Positions 14,001 to 25,949 of a DNA stretch of 64,000 nucleotides are shown here, piece by piece (the first letter of the stretch is position 1; the number at the start of each line of letters is the position of its first letter). The notes under the pieces were generated by a model. That model saw nothing but the letters and a program-made list of their open reading frames with translations. It had not been told where the DNA came from and searched no databases. Both the position numbers and the translations under genes were made by a program. Source of the DNA: Eledone cirrhosa (Eukaryota); assembly GCA_964016885.1 (NCBI GenBank), contig OZ024743.1, positions 203,918,001 through 203,982,000 of the forward strand, in the 5' to 3' direction.

Positions 14001-16036
14001 TTGCACCCTCCTCCCCTATCCGCTAATCCCACACAGTCCCAGCGTGCATCTAAGATCCCGTTCCAGTCACCCACTAACACTAAAGAGCAGGACGTTCCTA
14101 GAAAGTTCTCCAGGCGCCGCAAGAAATCAGGCCGCCCTGCTCCTGTCGGGGCATAGACGACCACTAGCCTGAAAGCTTGCCCGTCTCCGCTGGTCACGTC
14201 TAGCACCACCAACTTACCTCCGTGCTTCGGAGATTCTGGTCTCGCTAATGGCCACTACATCTATGTTTAGTGACCTGAGGTCGTTGAGCAGGTGGCCCTG
14301 CATCCATGACGACCCCAAGCCACGCGCATTTATGCTGCCTATTCTGAGTGAGGTCATGTTGAAATGGAGTGGAAAAGATGGGAAAGACCCTTACCTTACT
14401 TGTCGTAGAGGAAGGATGGTTTCTCCATCGCTTTTCACTTCATCGTCTGGTGAAGGGACCGTTGAATCGTCCCTTCGGCTCTGTCGTCGGCTCTTTTGTG
14501 AGTATATCTGAATATACTCTACGGTTGAGTGTCCCTCCTAGGTCTCTGAAATCACCAACTGCGTTGGGGAATTTCGTTTTAATGTCAGAGTATTGTTTCT
14601 GTGCTATTCTTACCAGTCTTATGTTCGTTGGTGTTTTGATTGGTGCTGGTATTATGTAGTCGTGCTGTGAAATGTCTGTGTTCAATTATGTAAGTCATTA
14701 GTTTCTTGTTGTGTGTGTTTTGTTGTTGTGTTTGCGATGTTGGTGCTTGTGGTGGTGGTGTTGAAGGTGTTGTTGTTGTTGCTTGCGGTGGGGTTGCCGC
14801 CGGCGGTGATGGTGGTGCTAGTGTGGGTGGTGATGGTGTTGATGGTGTTGCTGCTGTAAGTCTCTTTGCAGTAGCCTTTACCCTTTTTTCATTTCTTTCC
14901 TCCCTTTTCGAAGGCGACGATGCGCTGCTTCTGCGTTTGAGCCTTCTTGCGACCTTTTGCCATTCCTCTCCCACCTCACACTCCATGTCCGATTCTGTGA
15001 GGTCGGGGAGGGATACCAGCTCCAATCTTTCACTTGTTGTTGTTGGTGATGTTTGCAGTGGAGTCTCTGTTCCAGCTGCAGTTGGTATTACTGTTGTTGT
15101 TGTTAATACTTCCACTGCTGCTGCTGTTCTTGATTTCCGTAGCGTGGGTATGGGTGCCACGGACTTATCCTTCTTGGTTGCCGCCTGTCCTGTTGCTGAT
15201 AGCAGTGGAGCCGGTTTCGTAAGGAGGGGGGTTTTCTCCTTTCTCAGGGTCGTCTCATTGCAGAAGGACCTGAAGTGAGTCTTCGATCCACAGCGAAAGC
15301 ATTTCGGGCGTTTGCCCTCAACACTTAAGGGCAGTTGACTGCTGTTATCGAAGTCTATCACATCCGGGATAGCTTCGATGCACTCCTGGTTGGTTTGGAT
15401 TAACATCTCAATGGAGGTGCCAACCCAATCTTCTCGTACTTTTTTCTGTACTTGCAGTACAGTTGTTTTGTCCTCGATTTCGACGAGGACAGTCGCGGCC
15501 AGCCAAGAAGGGGCCATCCCGGGGGTCGTGGGTCAGTTTGACCCTCACAATTTTTTGCCCGCACCAACACCAATACCATTTCCTCGTTCCTTGGGGTCAC
15601 TAAGGATTGAGCCTTTGTCTCCTGAGGTGTGGCAAAAAGCACGTCCACGGTAGCATATTTCTTGCCTCGGGTGATATGCGTTTTCCGCTGCCACACAGAC
15701 CCTAATCCTTTTTGTATTTGAGCCTCTGTGGCTCTTTCAACCCTACGGGATTTTGTGCTTACTGTACGGTACGTGACCGTATAGTGCTGTTGGGTTTCGA
15801 AAAATATTTCGGCTGCCTTGCAGATTGCTCGGTGTCCGGTTTTCGTCACCATCTTCTTTGCTTCCTGTAATTCCTCATTTGTTATAGGGATGGTTTCCAG
15901 GTTCTTTGCGATACCTGCAAACGAGATTGGTTTTTCTTTCTTGTTGTTGTTGTTGCGTCAGAGCTGCTGTTACTTTTGTTGTTGCTGCTGGTACTACGAC
16001 CGCCGCCGCCGCTGTTGCCGTGGTTGTTGTTGTTGT

Positions 16037-16094
<58 letters not shown>

Positions 16095-16693
16095 CGTTGT
16101 TTATGCTGCTGCTGATGTTGTTGCGGCTGCTACTAGTGTTTTCTTGTCACTGTTGCTGTTGCTGCTGCTGTTATTACGGCTGCTACTGCTATTCTTCATG
16201 ATGTCAGACGGATGAAATGGCTTTGCGTATTTACCGCACATATTTTCCGTCGTTGTCGTCGTCGTGGAGGAATGTTCCACGGTATGCACGTTCTCTTGGT
16301 GAAAGCTACCAGAAACTATATTTTTTCTTTTTCTTTAATGGCGTCGCTTGCGAAAGAGGCGACATCACATTTAGAGAAGGGAGGGAGAGAGACAATCTTC
16401 TCTCTCATGTAATGACGATTGAGGAAGAAGACGGAAAGAGAGGGAGTGACTTGTGAAAATTCTTTTTTGTAGCCATGTTGTTTTTTACGGTTTAAAAGGA
16501 ATATTTGACACAAAACCCCAATAAGCGGTTATTTAACCCCTAAGGGCCAAATAAGGGGCAGAAAGACCCCTCTCGCGAGGAGGAGGGTGTTTTTATCTAC
16601 AATTTAGTTCAAGTTTTAAACGATTTACAATTGTTATCGCGGTTAAAAATTACTATACCTTACAGAGCCGAGCCTCCGTCAACCATGGCATTC
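11087..16693 (-). mobile_element. Tx1/L1-clade retrotransposon, copy 2 (both ends present, internal deletions)
   Basis: Same family as copy 1, with a near-identical 5' end at 16693. RT ORF 11943..13145, C-terminal zf-RVT-like ORF 11336..11977 (ECPRYAQGDETVLHALVQC). 3' end AATAAAGAAAGC then (ATT)n. (AAT)n on both sides. Confidence 0.95.
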
Positions 16694-16720
16694 AATAATA
16701 ATAATAATAATAATAATAAT

Positions 16721-17032
16721 TTCTTTATTAGACACACAGGGTTCACATTAAGGAAACATTAAAGACGGTACTGGACAAGACAGTGCGGATTTTTTAATGT
16801 AAAATAAAATTTATAAGAGAGACTAAGAAAATAAACATTTAAAACAAACATAACAAATTCCCCAAATGTGAGAAGACTCCAAGAATCACTCGTGTAGAAA
16901 TCCCATAAATGCCACGGTCACTCTGTCCGCTAGTTCAAGGTGCCCTCTTCCAGTTGTTCCCCAATCTATGCACAAGGCAGGCCCATTCATACGGACCATG
17001 CTCGCCATTCTCACCCCCTTTCAACAAACTCG
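16721..17032 (-). mobile_element. 5'-truncated 3' fragment of a related Tx1 subfamily
   Basis: Diverged similarity to 11087-11405 (ttctttatta..., aggtgccctct, ggcccattca, tctcaccc, tttcaacaaa). Abuts (AAT)n 16694-16720. Confidence 0.75.
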
Positions 17033-17658
17033 TTAACAATGGAAGAAAAAATTAATTACATTGTTTCTGACTATTCCATCTTCGTTGAAAAATAAGACAT
17101 CCGCATAACAAGGTTGGGATTTACTGTCCAGCGACATTTATGCCACTATCATGAAATAACCACAGAAAATGGCTCACTGAATGACAAAATAACATCTTGT
17201 ATAGAGATTATCTCTTATTCTATGAAACTCATTGTAGAAATTGTTTATGTGGTATGATAAATATATATATACATATACACCAGATCCAAACACAATGGAA
17301 CCAAACTTCCACTGTCACTGCTTCCGTCTCTCCCCATATGATCTGGAATAGGTTAATATATACAAACAGGGAGATCAAAATTAATTGACCAATATTTTGT
17401 CAAAGACAAACAAGATATGAAATGCCTCCTAATCTATGTATTAGTCACAACAGTTGATAGTATATCATTCAAGAATATAAAGATCTGAAAATAAATATAA
17501 ACTATATGTTGGATCTGGAATGCGAAACATTTCCAGAGAAAATAGCAATACTAGAGAAGTGCACAGAAATTACGTAAAGGCCTTCAATATACTGGAATGA
17601 AGAACACCAAAATAGAACACTGCATCCACTCAATTCAGAAAGGGCTGCACTCAGTAAC

Positions 17659-17752
<94 letters not shown>

Positions 17753-17762
17753 CAGCAGTAGC

Positions 17763-17803
<41 letters not shown>

Positions 17804-17813
17804 CAGCAGTAGC

Positions 17814-17859
<46 letters not shown>

Positions 17860-17872
17860 ATAGTAGTAGTAG
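17659..17872. repeat. (TAG)n microsatellite just downstream of gene 1 stop codon
   Basis: Directly visible. Source of the poly-L and poly-T pseudo-ORFs. Confidence 0.97.
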
Positions 17873-17942
17873 TTGGTAAGTTACTAATAATAAGCCTAGT
17901 TGTATTAAATATTTTAAGTGAGTGCAACTCAAAGTGTTTTCC

Positions 17943-18348
17943 TTAACCTATGGTAAAAAGAATGTTTAGAATTAATAAGCAAGAGATGTAGATATTTGAA
18001 CCTGCTTTTGCACCGTCTGAGTCCGATTTGGGGGTTGTTGAATCTGCTTGATTGATTGTTTCACTTTTGATAGTTTTTGTTTCATGGTAGTCATTGTTTG
18101 TGACATTCCCCACAGTTGAGCCTGCTTTTACACCCTCTGAGTCCGACATGTGGGTTGTTGAATCTGCTTGATTGATTGTTTCACTTTTGATAGTATTTGT
18201 TTCATTCTCCACAGATGGTAAATTGGAGGTGATTAATAGACACTTCTTCGGCAACTGTTCATAGTAATATTCACGAATTACTTTATTAAATTCATCTGAA
18301 CAGTTCAGTGCCTTGTAAATGAACATGTCAATGAGATATTTCCATAAT
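17943..18348 (-). CDS. Host gene 1, last coding exon (D): 2 Cys, duplicated Ser/Thr stalk, GPI-type hydrophobic C-terminus
   Basis: Acceptor tttatctttacag|A, phase 2. Reads (P)LWKYLIDMFIYKALNCSDEFNKVIREYYYEQLPKKC...SDSDGAKAGSNIYISCLLILNILFTIG*. Homologous to the exon at 49489-49657. Confidence 0.88.
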
Positions 18349-18743
18349 CTGTAAAGATAAAAATTGAAACAAAACAACTTTCTTAGTTTACATAGAATTT
18401 TCAAGAGAGTAAATTACAGCAAATGAATTACACCAATATACATAGTAGAAATACAACTTGATGTGAAAAAGGATTGAATATTTAATGTTTAAAACAGAAT
18501 TGAATATTTACAAGAGGATTAAATACGTTACAATTAATACTCCCGGCTTTTTAAATATGCCTTAACATTGAATATTGAGACATTTTATGACAAGACCATT
18601 AGAACTTACGGAATTATTCGGGAAATATAGTATATAAGATTCAAGACAGCAGTGGATTGGCAGAGTCATTAGAACATCGAGAAAATGCGTGATAGCTCGG
18701 TACGTAAGCTTTATTCCATCGTTATGTTGTTCTGTTTTGTTTT

Positions 18744-18815
18744 CTGTTACAATTCTAGATTTCTGAAGAGGTCATAGCTGTTGCATAATGCTTATCACCG
18801 AAATATATATAACAG
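18744..18815 (+). ncRNA. Candidate hammerhead ribozyme with interrupted stem I
   Basis: CTGAAGA (18763), stem II ggtcatagc/gcttatcacc, GAAA, TATA, TA. Stem I ctgtta/taacag is offset by 13 nt. Confidence 0.4.
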
Positions 18816-19105
18816 CGACTATGCTTCCAGCAGAAACAAGGGGGACAATAGTCGATGCATTTCAGACTTAACTGGTCTTCTTCTGGACGATGCCTCCCAC
18901 ACTTGCGACTGCTGGAGTTGAAAACAGTCCAGAATATATAGTTTTCTCGTCTGTGTAAATGAGGGGATTAATCTCATTTGCATATGAAGCTGCATAAGTT
19001 GACTCAACTCAAAACAGAATAGAATTAGGATTTAGCTTCAGGCATATTTATATATATATATATATATATGGGGGGGGTGGTATACATATATATATTTACA
19101 TTTCT

Positions 19106-19175
<70 letters not shown>

Positions 19176-19207
19176 ATATATATGCATGTATATATATATG
19201 TATATAT

Positions 19208-19801
19208 TGGTGCTACTGGTAACATGTATCCCAGTACAACCTGTATCATGGTCGGGTCGTTGGCGACTAAACTGGCAACCCCATCAAGGTTTCTTGGTGA
19301 GGAGGGTGACTTTTGACATCCTGCAGGACTAAAAACAAAACCTGTCAAAGGGCAAAGGAGCTCTTAAGAGTCAATGGCCATCCAAAATCACCGGAAGAGA
19401 TGACCCCTTAGCCTTTGTCAAGGCAGAATTATAGGAGAAGGAAAACTCTGATATAACACCTGCAACCCTGATGGTATCCAATGATGTTGACTTGTTCTTC
19501 TTTTTGATAAATATCATCTTGGTTAAGAGAGTGAGACTGGCTTTGTGCAGTGCTTTTGCTCACTATAAAAGCTTGACGGCACAGGCATTGCTTTATATCT
19601 GGAGATCTCTCTGCACTTGTCGTCACATGGTACCATGGGCCCAGCACTATGTGTCAGTAATTGTCACAAGTGTAGTGTTTGTACCAGAGTTTTCAAGTCG
19701 CTGGCTGGACTAAAAAGTCACACTCGTTCAGCGCATCGGTAGGGGTTCTTCTACATGGATATAAAGTAGTGGCTGTACTCGAAAACGAGTTGGCAGCCAC
19801 C

Positions 19802-19802
<1 letters not shown>
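19208..19802 (+). mobile_element. Short internally deleted RTE-clade element (5' UTR joined to 3' zinc-finger end) between (TA)n tracts
   Basis: RTE-like structured 5' leader. The 3' part encodes CSVCTRVFKSLAGLKSHTRSAH (C2H2). Tail ctcgaaaacgagttggcagccac resembles the tail at 38740-38775 (minus). Confidence 0.6.
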
Positions 19803-19841
<39 letters not shown>

Positions 19842-19968
19842 CATATATACATTTACATTTATGTATATATATATATGTATATATATATATTTATGTATAT
19901 ATATATATCTATATACATATAAACATACATATATACATTTATATATATATATATATATATACATTTAG

Positions 19969-20061
<93 letters not shown>

Positions 20062-20062
<1 letters not shown>

Positions 20063-22755
20063 TAAAAGAGAAATCACAGGTAAGCATTAAGAGAAGGATT
20101 TTATCCAGGTATTTACGACCGTTTCATTGGTAAGTGCAACCTATACTGCTATACTGCAAATAGCAGCCACTCAATTATAATTGTTGTTCACAGTCCAAAT
20201 TTTCAAAATAGTGAGTAAGTTACTCTTGAAATAATTCTTAATATATAGAGAAAAACATTTATTTGGATTGTATTTACTAGTACAGAGAGAGAGGAATCAG
20301 GTGACGGGACAAACGGAATAGTATAGAGAGAGAGGAAGGGCGAAGAGGTAGGAAGTAGAGTGACAAACTGAGATGGAGGGAGGGGTAGAGGTGGAAGGAT
20401 TCTTTGGTCAGTTTTGATAGCAGACTTCATGTCGTGGAATGTAGTGAGTTAAAGAGAATTAAATTGATCATAGTGGGAGGGATGGATAGAGAGGGAGAGC
20501 GAGAGGGGGGAGATATAAAAAGATAAATATATATATATATATATATAAAATAAAGATAAAGATAATAATGATAAAAATAAAAGCAAAGAGGGGGTGAGAA
20601 AGAAGAAAAGAAAAGATAGCCAAGAAGGGGAGGGAAGGAAGGAAGAAAACGAAGAAATAGAAGAGGGAGAAGAGAGGGATATATGCATTGGTTTTGTGGG
20701 TAATTAAAAGGGTTTAGATACAACAAGAGGGTATAAAGTTTAAGTATATGTAGTTTGTCAGTTGGTAGTAATAGGTTAAGGGTTAGATTTATAGTGCGAA
20801 AACTTCTCTTTGAGTCTATGGTTACAATAAATCGATCTTTCGATTTTATTGTTGAGTAACTTATTCTTCGAACTCAAGATGTGGAACAGCTCAAGGTCGC
20901 ATAATCGACAGCTTCTCATACCACTCCGATATCGGGGCGCGTTCGATAATTTTTTCCACTTCAGGGTGTATTGATGGTTACTTTCCCTCAGTTGCCAGGT
21001 CTTGTTTGCAAGGGTAGTTACATAACGATGCTGGGAATGTTTCATTGCGTAACGGTGTGTATACCAACGGGCTTTAAATGTATACCCAGTCGCTCTGATG
21101 TAATACCATTTCTGCTTGTCTGATTCCACTGTGCATTGGTAAACCAGGTTAGACTGCATACATTCATTATGTAATGGACAGGTTTCAGGTAGGTGGCAGT
21201 TACAGTTCTTATCATGGGCAACTTTGGCGTTATTGGTGGGCTGCGATGCCTGTACAAGTGTGTTACGTTTTGTTTGCCTATTAGCGGGTGGTTGTGTATT
21301 AGATATTCTGTTGTGTTCGGTGGTGATTGTATTGTTATTGTTGTAAATTTGCCTTTTGGTGTTGTTATGTATCTTTTTAGCGTTAAGCTTCTTAATGTGT
21401 GCCTCTATATTTGGTGCCATGGCTTAAGATAGTCTAATAGATTTAGTGTTAAGGATTTTGCTGTATCTATGTGAATCTGGAAAGTGCTTAGTTATTATTC
21501 TAAAGAAGGTAGAGGGTAGGCTAGTATTAATAGAGGTGTTAAATATGGGGTTGAACCAAATATATTTTCTACTGCGTGACTTGTTTGATTTCGATGTTGT
21601 ATTTCTATTTGCCGTATACTTTGCAGTTCTATGCGTAAGTGCGTGTGTGCGTGTGTTACCGGAGTTTGTGTTATGCGTGTTCGTGTGTGCTTCACGGAGG
21701 CTTTCATCTATATATTCTACTCTATCTAAGTGGCCTGCCTTGTCTAATGCGGTATTGTAGTATTCTACATGTTCTTCGAAGATTTGTCGGTTAGACGAGA
21801 GGCGGGTGATCCTAAGGGATATGCTGCGTGGAATGGATTTAATTATGGATAGTGGGTGGTTTGAGTTACAGTTGATGTATGCTAAGTTTTCATTAATCTT
21901 GTAAAAGGTCTTATAAGTCGCGTTTTTAGGTTAAGCGTCGCGTCTAGAAAGTTAACTGTTTTAGTGCTATACTCATACGTTATGCTAAGGCCTAGTTTTC
22001 CGAGAGTCTTTCTAATATTCTTACGGAGTCTTTCTATGCTCTGCTTATTTAGGTTCTTAACTAGGAGAAGGGCGTCGTCTCTGTAGATTCCACCATGAAG
22101 GTCGCTAAACTCACTTTGTAAACTATGGGCTATGTAAACACCTACTAAATCTGTGACTTGAGCCGAGTCGATAGCTCCCATCGTGATGTCAAAGTTATTT
22201 AATCTATCCTTACGTTCCCAATAGGCGTTTTCAAATTTAATTATTCTTTTCCTAGCAGCTAATATGATTTTTATCTCGTTGTCTGTTATGTCAGAATTGG
22301 CTTTAGCGAATGCTAAGGCTTTATTCAAGGTGTTGGGGGATATAGATGAGTAATAATCGTTAATGTCAAATTGTATAAATTTAGATACTTCTTTGTTAGC
22401 TATATTGTTAAACCACTTAATTGTTTCGGTAGCGTTACCCCATTGTTTAATCACTAGTTTATTCTTCATTTGTGCTATCACTCTGTCTAATATATGTTTA
22501 CTAATTTTCCCGATGTCCGATTAGGACGGGCATATAAGTCTAATTGTAGGGTTATAATCAAAATTTACCTTGTGGTCCTTGAGGTTAAATGTGGGGGTAC
22601 ATGGCCTTAGTGGCTCCGTTCTGTCGTCTATTCCTAGGTGTTTGACTATATTGTGTGCTTCGTTGTTGATGTTTATCAATGCCGCCTCATTAGTTTTTTT
22701 GTATGTCCTATGTAATTCCTTCCGTATGAAGCTATTGTATGTATTTACATCCATC
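20062..22755 (-). mobile_element. Penelope-like element (Naiad-type RT + GIY-YIG), 5'-truncated
   Basis: RT motifs QFDINDYYSSI, TMGAIDSAQVTDLVG, GIYRDDAL, NFLD. CNC..CPL..C linker. EN motifs LVYQCTV..YYIRAT..FKARWYTH and CRLCDLE. 3' end abuts (TA)n. Confidence 0.9.
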
Positions 22756-22863
22756 GGAATTCTTACAAACTTGTGGAGTTACCCCTAACCGTACGTTGAA
22801 ACCATCCATGAAACTGGCTTTCTTAACCAAGAACTGGATCACAATAAGCAATTATTTGGTTCT

Positions 22864-22931
<68 letters not shown>

Positions 22932-23054
22932 TTATATAGATATATAAATGAATTTGTATATATATATACAAATAAAAGGCAGAGCTAATAACTAATACTG
23001 ATACCCTGTAATTAACAAGCTCAAAGTATAAATACTGAGCATTATATAATAATA

Positions 23055-23245
23055 GGGCGGTGGATTGGCAGAATCGGTCGAGGGTCGGACGCCATGCTTT
23101 GCAGCACAGTTACGTCCCTTTGCGGACTGAGTTCAAATCCCGCCGAGGTTAACTTTGCCTTTCATCCTTACGAGGTCGATAAAATAAAGTACCAGTAATA
23201 CACTGTGATAATTGCTGGCCTTGTGCCAAAAGTAGAAACAATTAT
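23055..23245 (+). mobile_element. tRNA-derived SINE with Nin-type core (abundant family)
   Basis: gggcggtggattggcag..gagttcaaatcccgccgaggttaactttgcctttcatccttacg.ggtcgataaaataaagtaccag..ggccttgtgcc..gaaacaattat. Other copies at about 32251-32650(+, two), 34887-34997(+), 37130-37600(-, two), 39617-39695(+), 39700-39880(-), 46540-46727(+), 52097-52218(+), 59044-59235(+), 59997-60375(+, two). Fragments at 6014-6052, 6980-7030 and 18648-18700. Confidence 0.9.
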
Positions 23246-23324
23246 ATAATAATATATGCAGTAATAGACACACGATTTACTGTGTTTATTGCTACCTATA
23301 TTATTATGTATATATATATATATA

Positions 23325-23827
23325 CATTTATGTATGGTATATTTGGCAATATACCATATGTTTAATTAAAAACATTTAGAAGACCATACGCTATCAGTTT
23401 TAAAGTAGTGACTATGTCACTTACTTCTTTTCGCCGAAAGAAGGGAGAAAAGCTCACAGTCTATTTCACGCTGGTTGCCGTTCATTATTTGCCGTTCTGC
23501 AAAGATTAGGTATTACGATTGGGCGATGTATACATGAATGTATGTATAGTATATTTGGCAATCTACCGTATGTTTCATCAGAAGACCATACGCTATCAGT
23601 TTTTTGGATTGACCGGCATTCGGTCTGTATAATCAGCTCCTGATTATTACTGGAATTCTATAAAAATCCAGCTTCTATAATTTTCGGCGGAATCAGGGGG
23701 TGCGGGGCTCTGATGAACGCCAACCAGCGTGAAACACACTGTCAGCTTCTTTCCCTGATAGTGTATGGTCTTCCAAATGTTTTTAATTAAACATACGGTA
23801 TATTGCCAAATATACCATACATACATT
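23325..23827. repeat. Fold-back (inverted plus tandem) pLTR-like element containing the hammerhead
   Basis: 23327-23397 is inverted to 23755-23827. 23442-23486 is inverted to 23712-23756. A tandem partial copy lies at 23538-23600. Confidence 0.8.
23704..23749 (+). ncRNA. Type I hammerhead ribozyme (intact core)
   Basis: ggggct CTGATGA acgc-caacca-gcgt GAAA ca-cac-tg TC agcttc. All three stems and all core nucleotides are present. Confidence 0.85.
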
Positions 23828-24059
23828 CATATATATATATATAAATGTATATGTATGTATTTATATATACATTTATATATATATATATATATAAATGTAT
23901 ATGTATGTATATATATATACATTTATATATATATATATATAAATGTATATATATATATATATATATATATACATTTATATATATATATAAATATATATAT
24001 AAATGTATATATATATATATATATATATATACATTTATATATATATATATATATAAATG

Positions 24060-24094
<35 letters not shown>

Positions 24095-24098
24095 ATAA

Positions 24099-24151
<53 letters not shown>

Positions 24152-24174
24152 TTTATTTATATATATATATATAA

Positions 24175-24205
<31 letters not shown>

Positions 24206-24251
24206 CATTTACTTATATATATATATAAATGTATATATATATATATACATT

Positions 24252-24282
<31 letters not shown>

Positions 24283-24284
24283 AC

Positions 24285-24325
<41 letters not shown>

Positions 24326-24326
24326 C

Positions 24327-24404
<78 letters not shown>

Positions 24405-24417
24405 TTATATATATATA

Positions 24418-24456
<39 letters not shown>

Positions 24457-24469
24457 TTATATATATATA

Positions 24470-24546
<77 letters not shown>

Positions 24547-24591
24547 GTATATGTATATATATATACATTTTTATATATATATACATAAATG

Positions 24592-24628
<37 letters not shown>

Positions 24629-24645
24629 GTATATGTATATATATA
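23825..24645. repeat. Long interrupted (TA)n tract
   Basis: Directly visible. Similar tracts at 19047-19207, 19803-20060, 22869-22970, 25329-25388, 27955-28135, 30465-30605, 46095-46230 and 63346-63558. Confidence 0.97.
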
Positions 24646-24826
24646 TTATTATTATTACTTTCAAAGTAAAGGATGTCATGAATGATACAAAATGAAACAT
24701 ATGTCTTGTTTCTAAAAACATTTCAAGATAGAATTCAGAGAATCAAATCGAGCCTTAATCATTATAAGAAAATGATTGAAATATATTCATACACAGATAA
24801 GTGTGCACTAAGACATATCAAAACTT

Positions 24827-25284
24827 GGAGCTAGAGGCAATCTACACTGAAAGTAAGACTACATAGTTCGTTGAGTATCTTATTAAATTTAATAAAAAAT
24901 TTAAAACAGAACACCTGATAACCATCAAAATATTTCCCTCATCTGTATTCTCCACAATATACTGACTGCTATTTCTAGTGGTCGAGAACCTTTCATGTCG
25001 TTGAGAGTGCTAAAATTCATGTGTTGAGACCATGCACGTTTAGCCACTTTCAACACTGGATTGAGTGAGATTAGATGATTTTGAAATTCCCTCACTGATG
25101 ATCCGTTTCAAATTATCTAATTTCGCCGTAATTTGGTGAAATGTATTCTGATTTTGTGGAGAATACATATGAGGGAAATATTTTGATGGGTATCAGGTAT
25201 TCTGTTTTACATTTTTTATTAAATTTAATAAGATACTCGATGAATTATGTAATCTTACTTTCAGTGCAAATTGTCTCTAGTTCT
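24827..25284. repeat. About 130-bp diverged inverted repeat with a degenerate hammerhead-like spacer
   Basis: 24827-24957 versus 25154-25284. The spacer has tca CTGATGA (25095) ... GAAA tgtat TC tga. Confidence 0.8.
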
Positions 25285-25321
25285 ATGTTATAGTTGTATA
25301 TAGTGTATACATAACTATAAA

Positions 25322-25392
<71 letters not shown>

Positions 25393-25949
25393 AGTGTAAT
25401 TTTCTACACAAAACGAAGGTTATGGAGAAAATTGAGGTTGGTAATGGCACATGGAATATATAAGAGACAGACTACTTTTTTGTGAAAAAACATAATTTTA
25501 TAAGGTAAGGAAATAATAAAGGGTATAAAAAATGACCGGTTTCGATGGGTCTGCAAAAGCCATCTTTTCAAATGTTGATTAATATTAAGAAAAATTAATA
25601 ATACGAAGAGTTAAAATTTGAGATTTGAAAATTCAAGTATAAAATTCATTGTGGGATTTCATAGCAGTTTTCATCTAGGTAGCAACAACAGGTTGACTGC
25701 AGTCAACCTGTTGTTGCTACCTAGATTGACATTCCTACGATAACTCAACCACCTTGAACTCCTTCTCTGCTCTTTAGTTCCACTACGTTGTTTTTACCTG
25801 CTGAATACACGTTCTATACTCTCGTATTCTCTTTCTCCCTTATCTCCCCTTATATTTAAAGCTTTTCCTATGTCAATTCCGCCCCCCCCCCTACTTTCTG
25901 CCTTACCCCTCACACACCCAATTTTTTTTATTTTTAGATATTTATTTTT

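Noticed and set aside
298-16513. Plus-strand ORFs over the Tx1 copies, including poly-Leu and Val/Gly 'membrane' ORFs
   Set aside because: Antisense shadows of GC-rich Tx1 ORFs and triplet repeats.
23055-23150. tRNA genes
   Set aside because: The A/B-box sequences are SINE heads continuing into the SINE core and do not form a cloverleaf.
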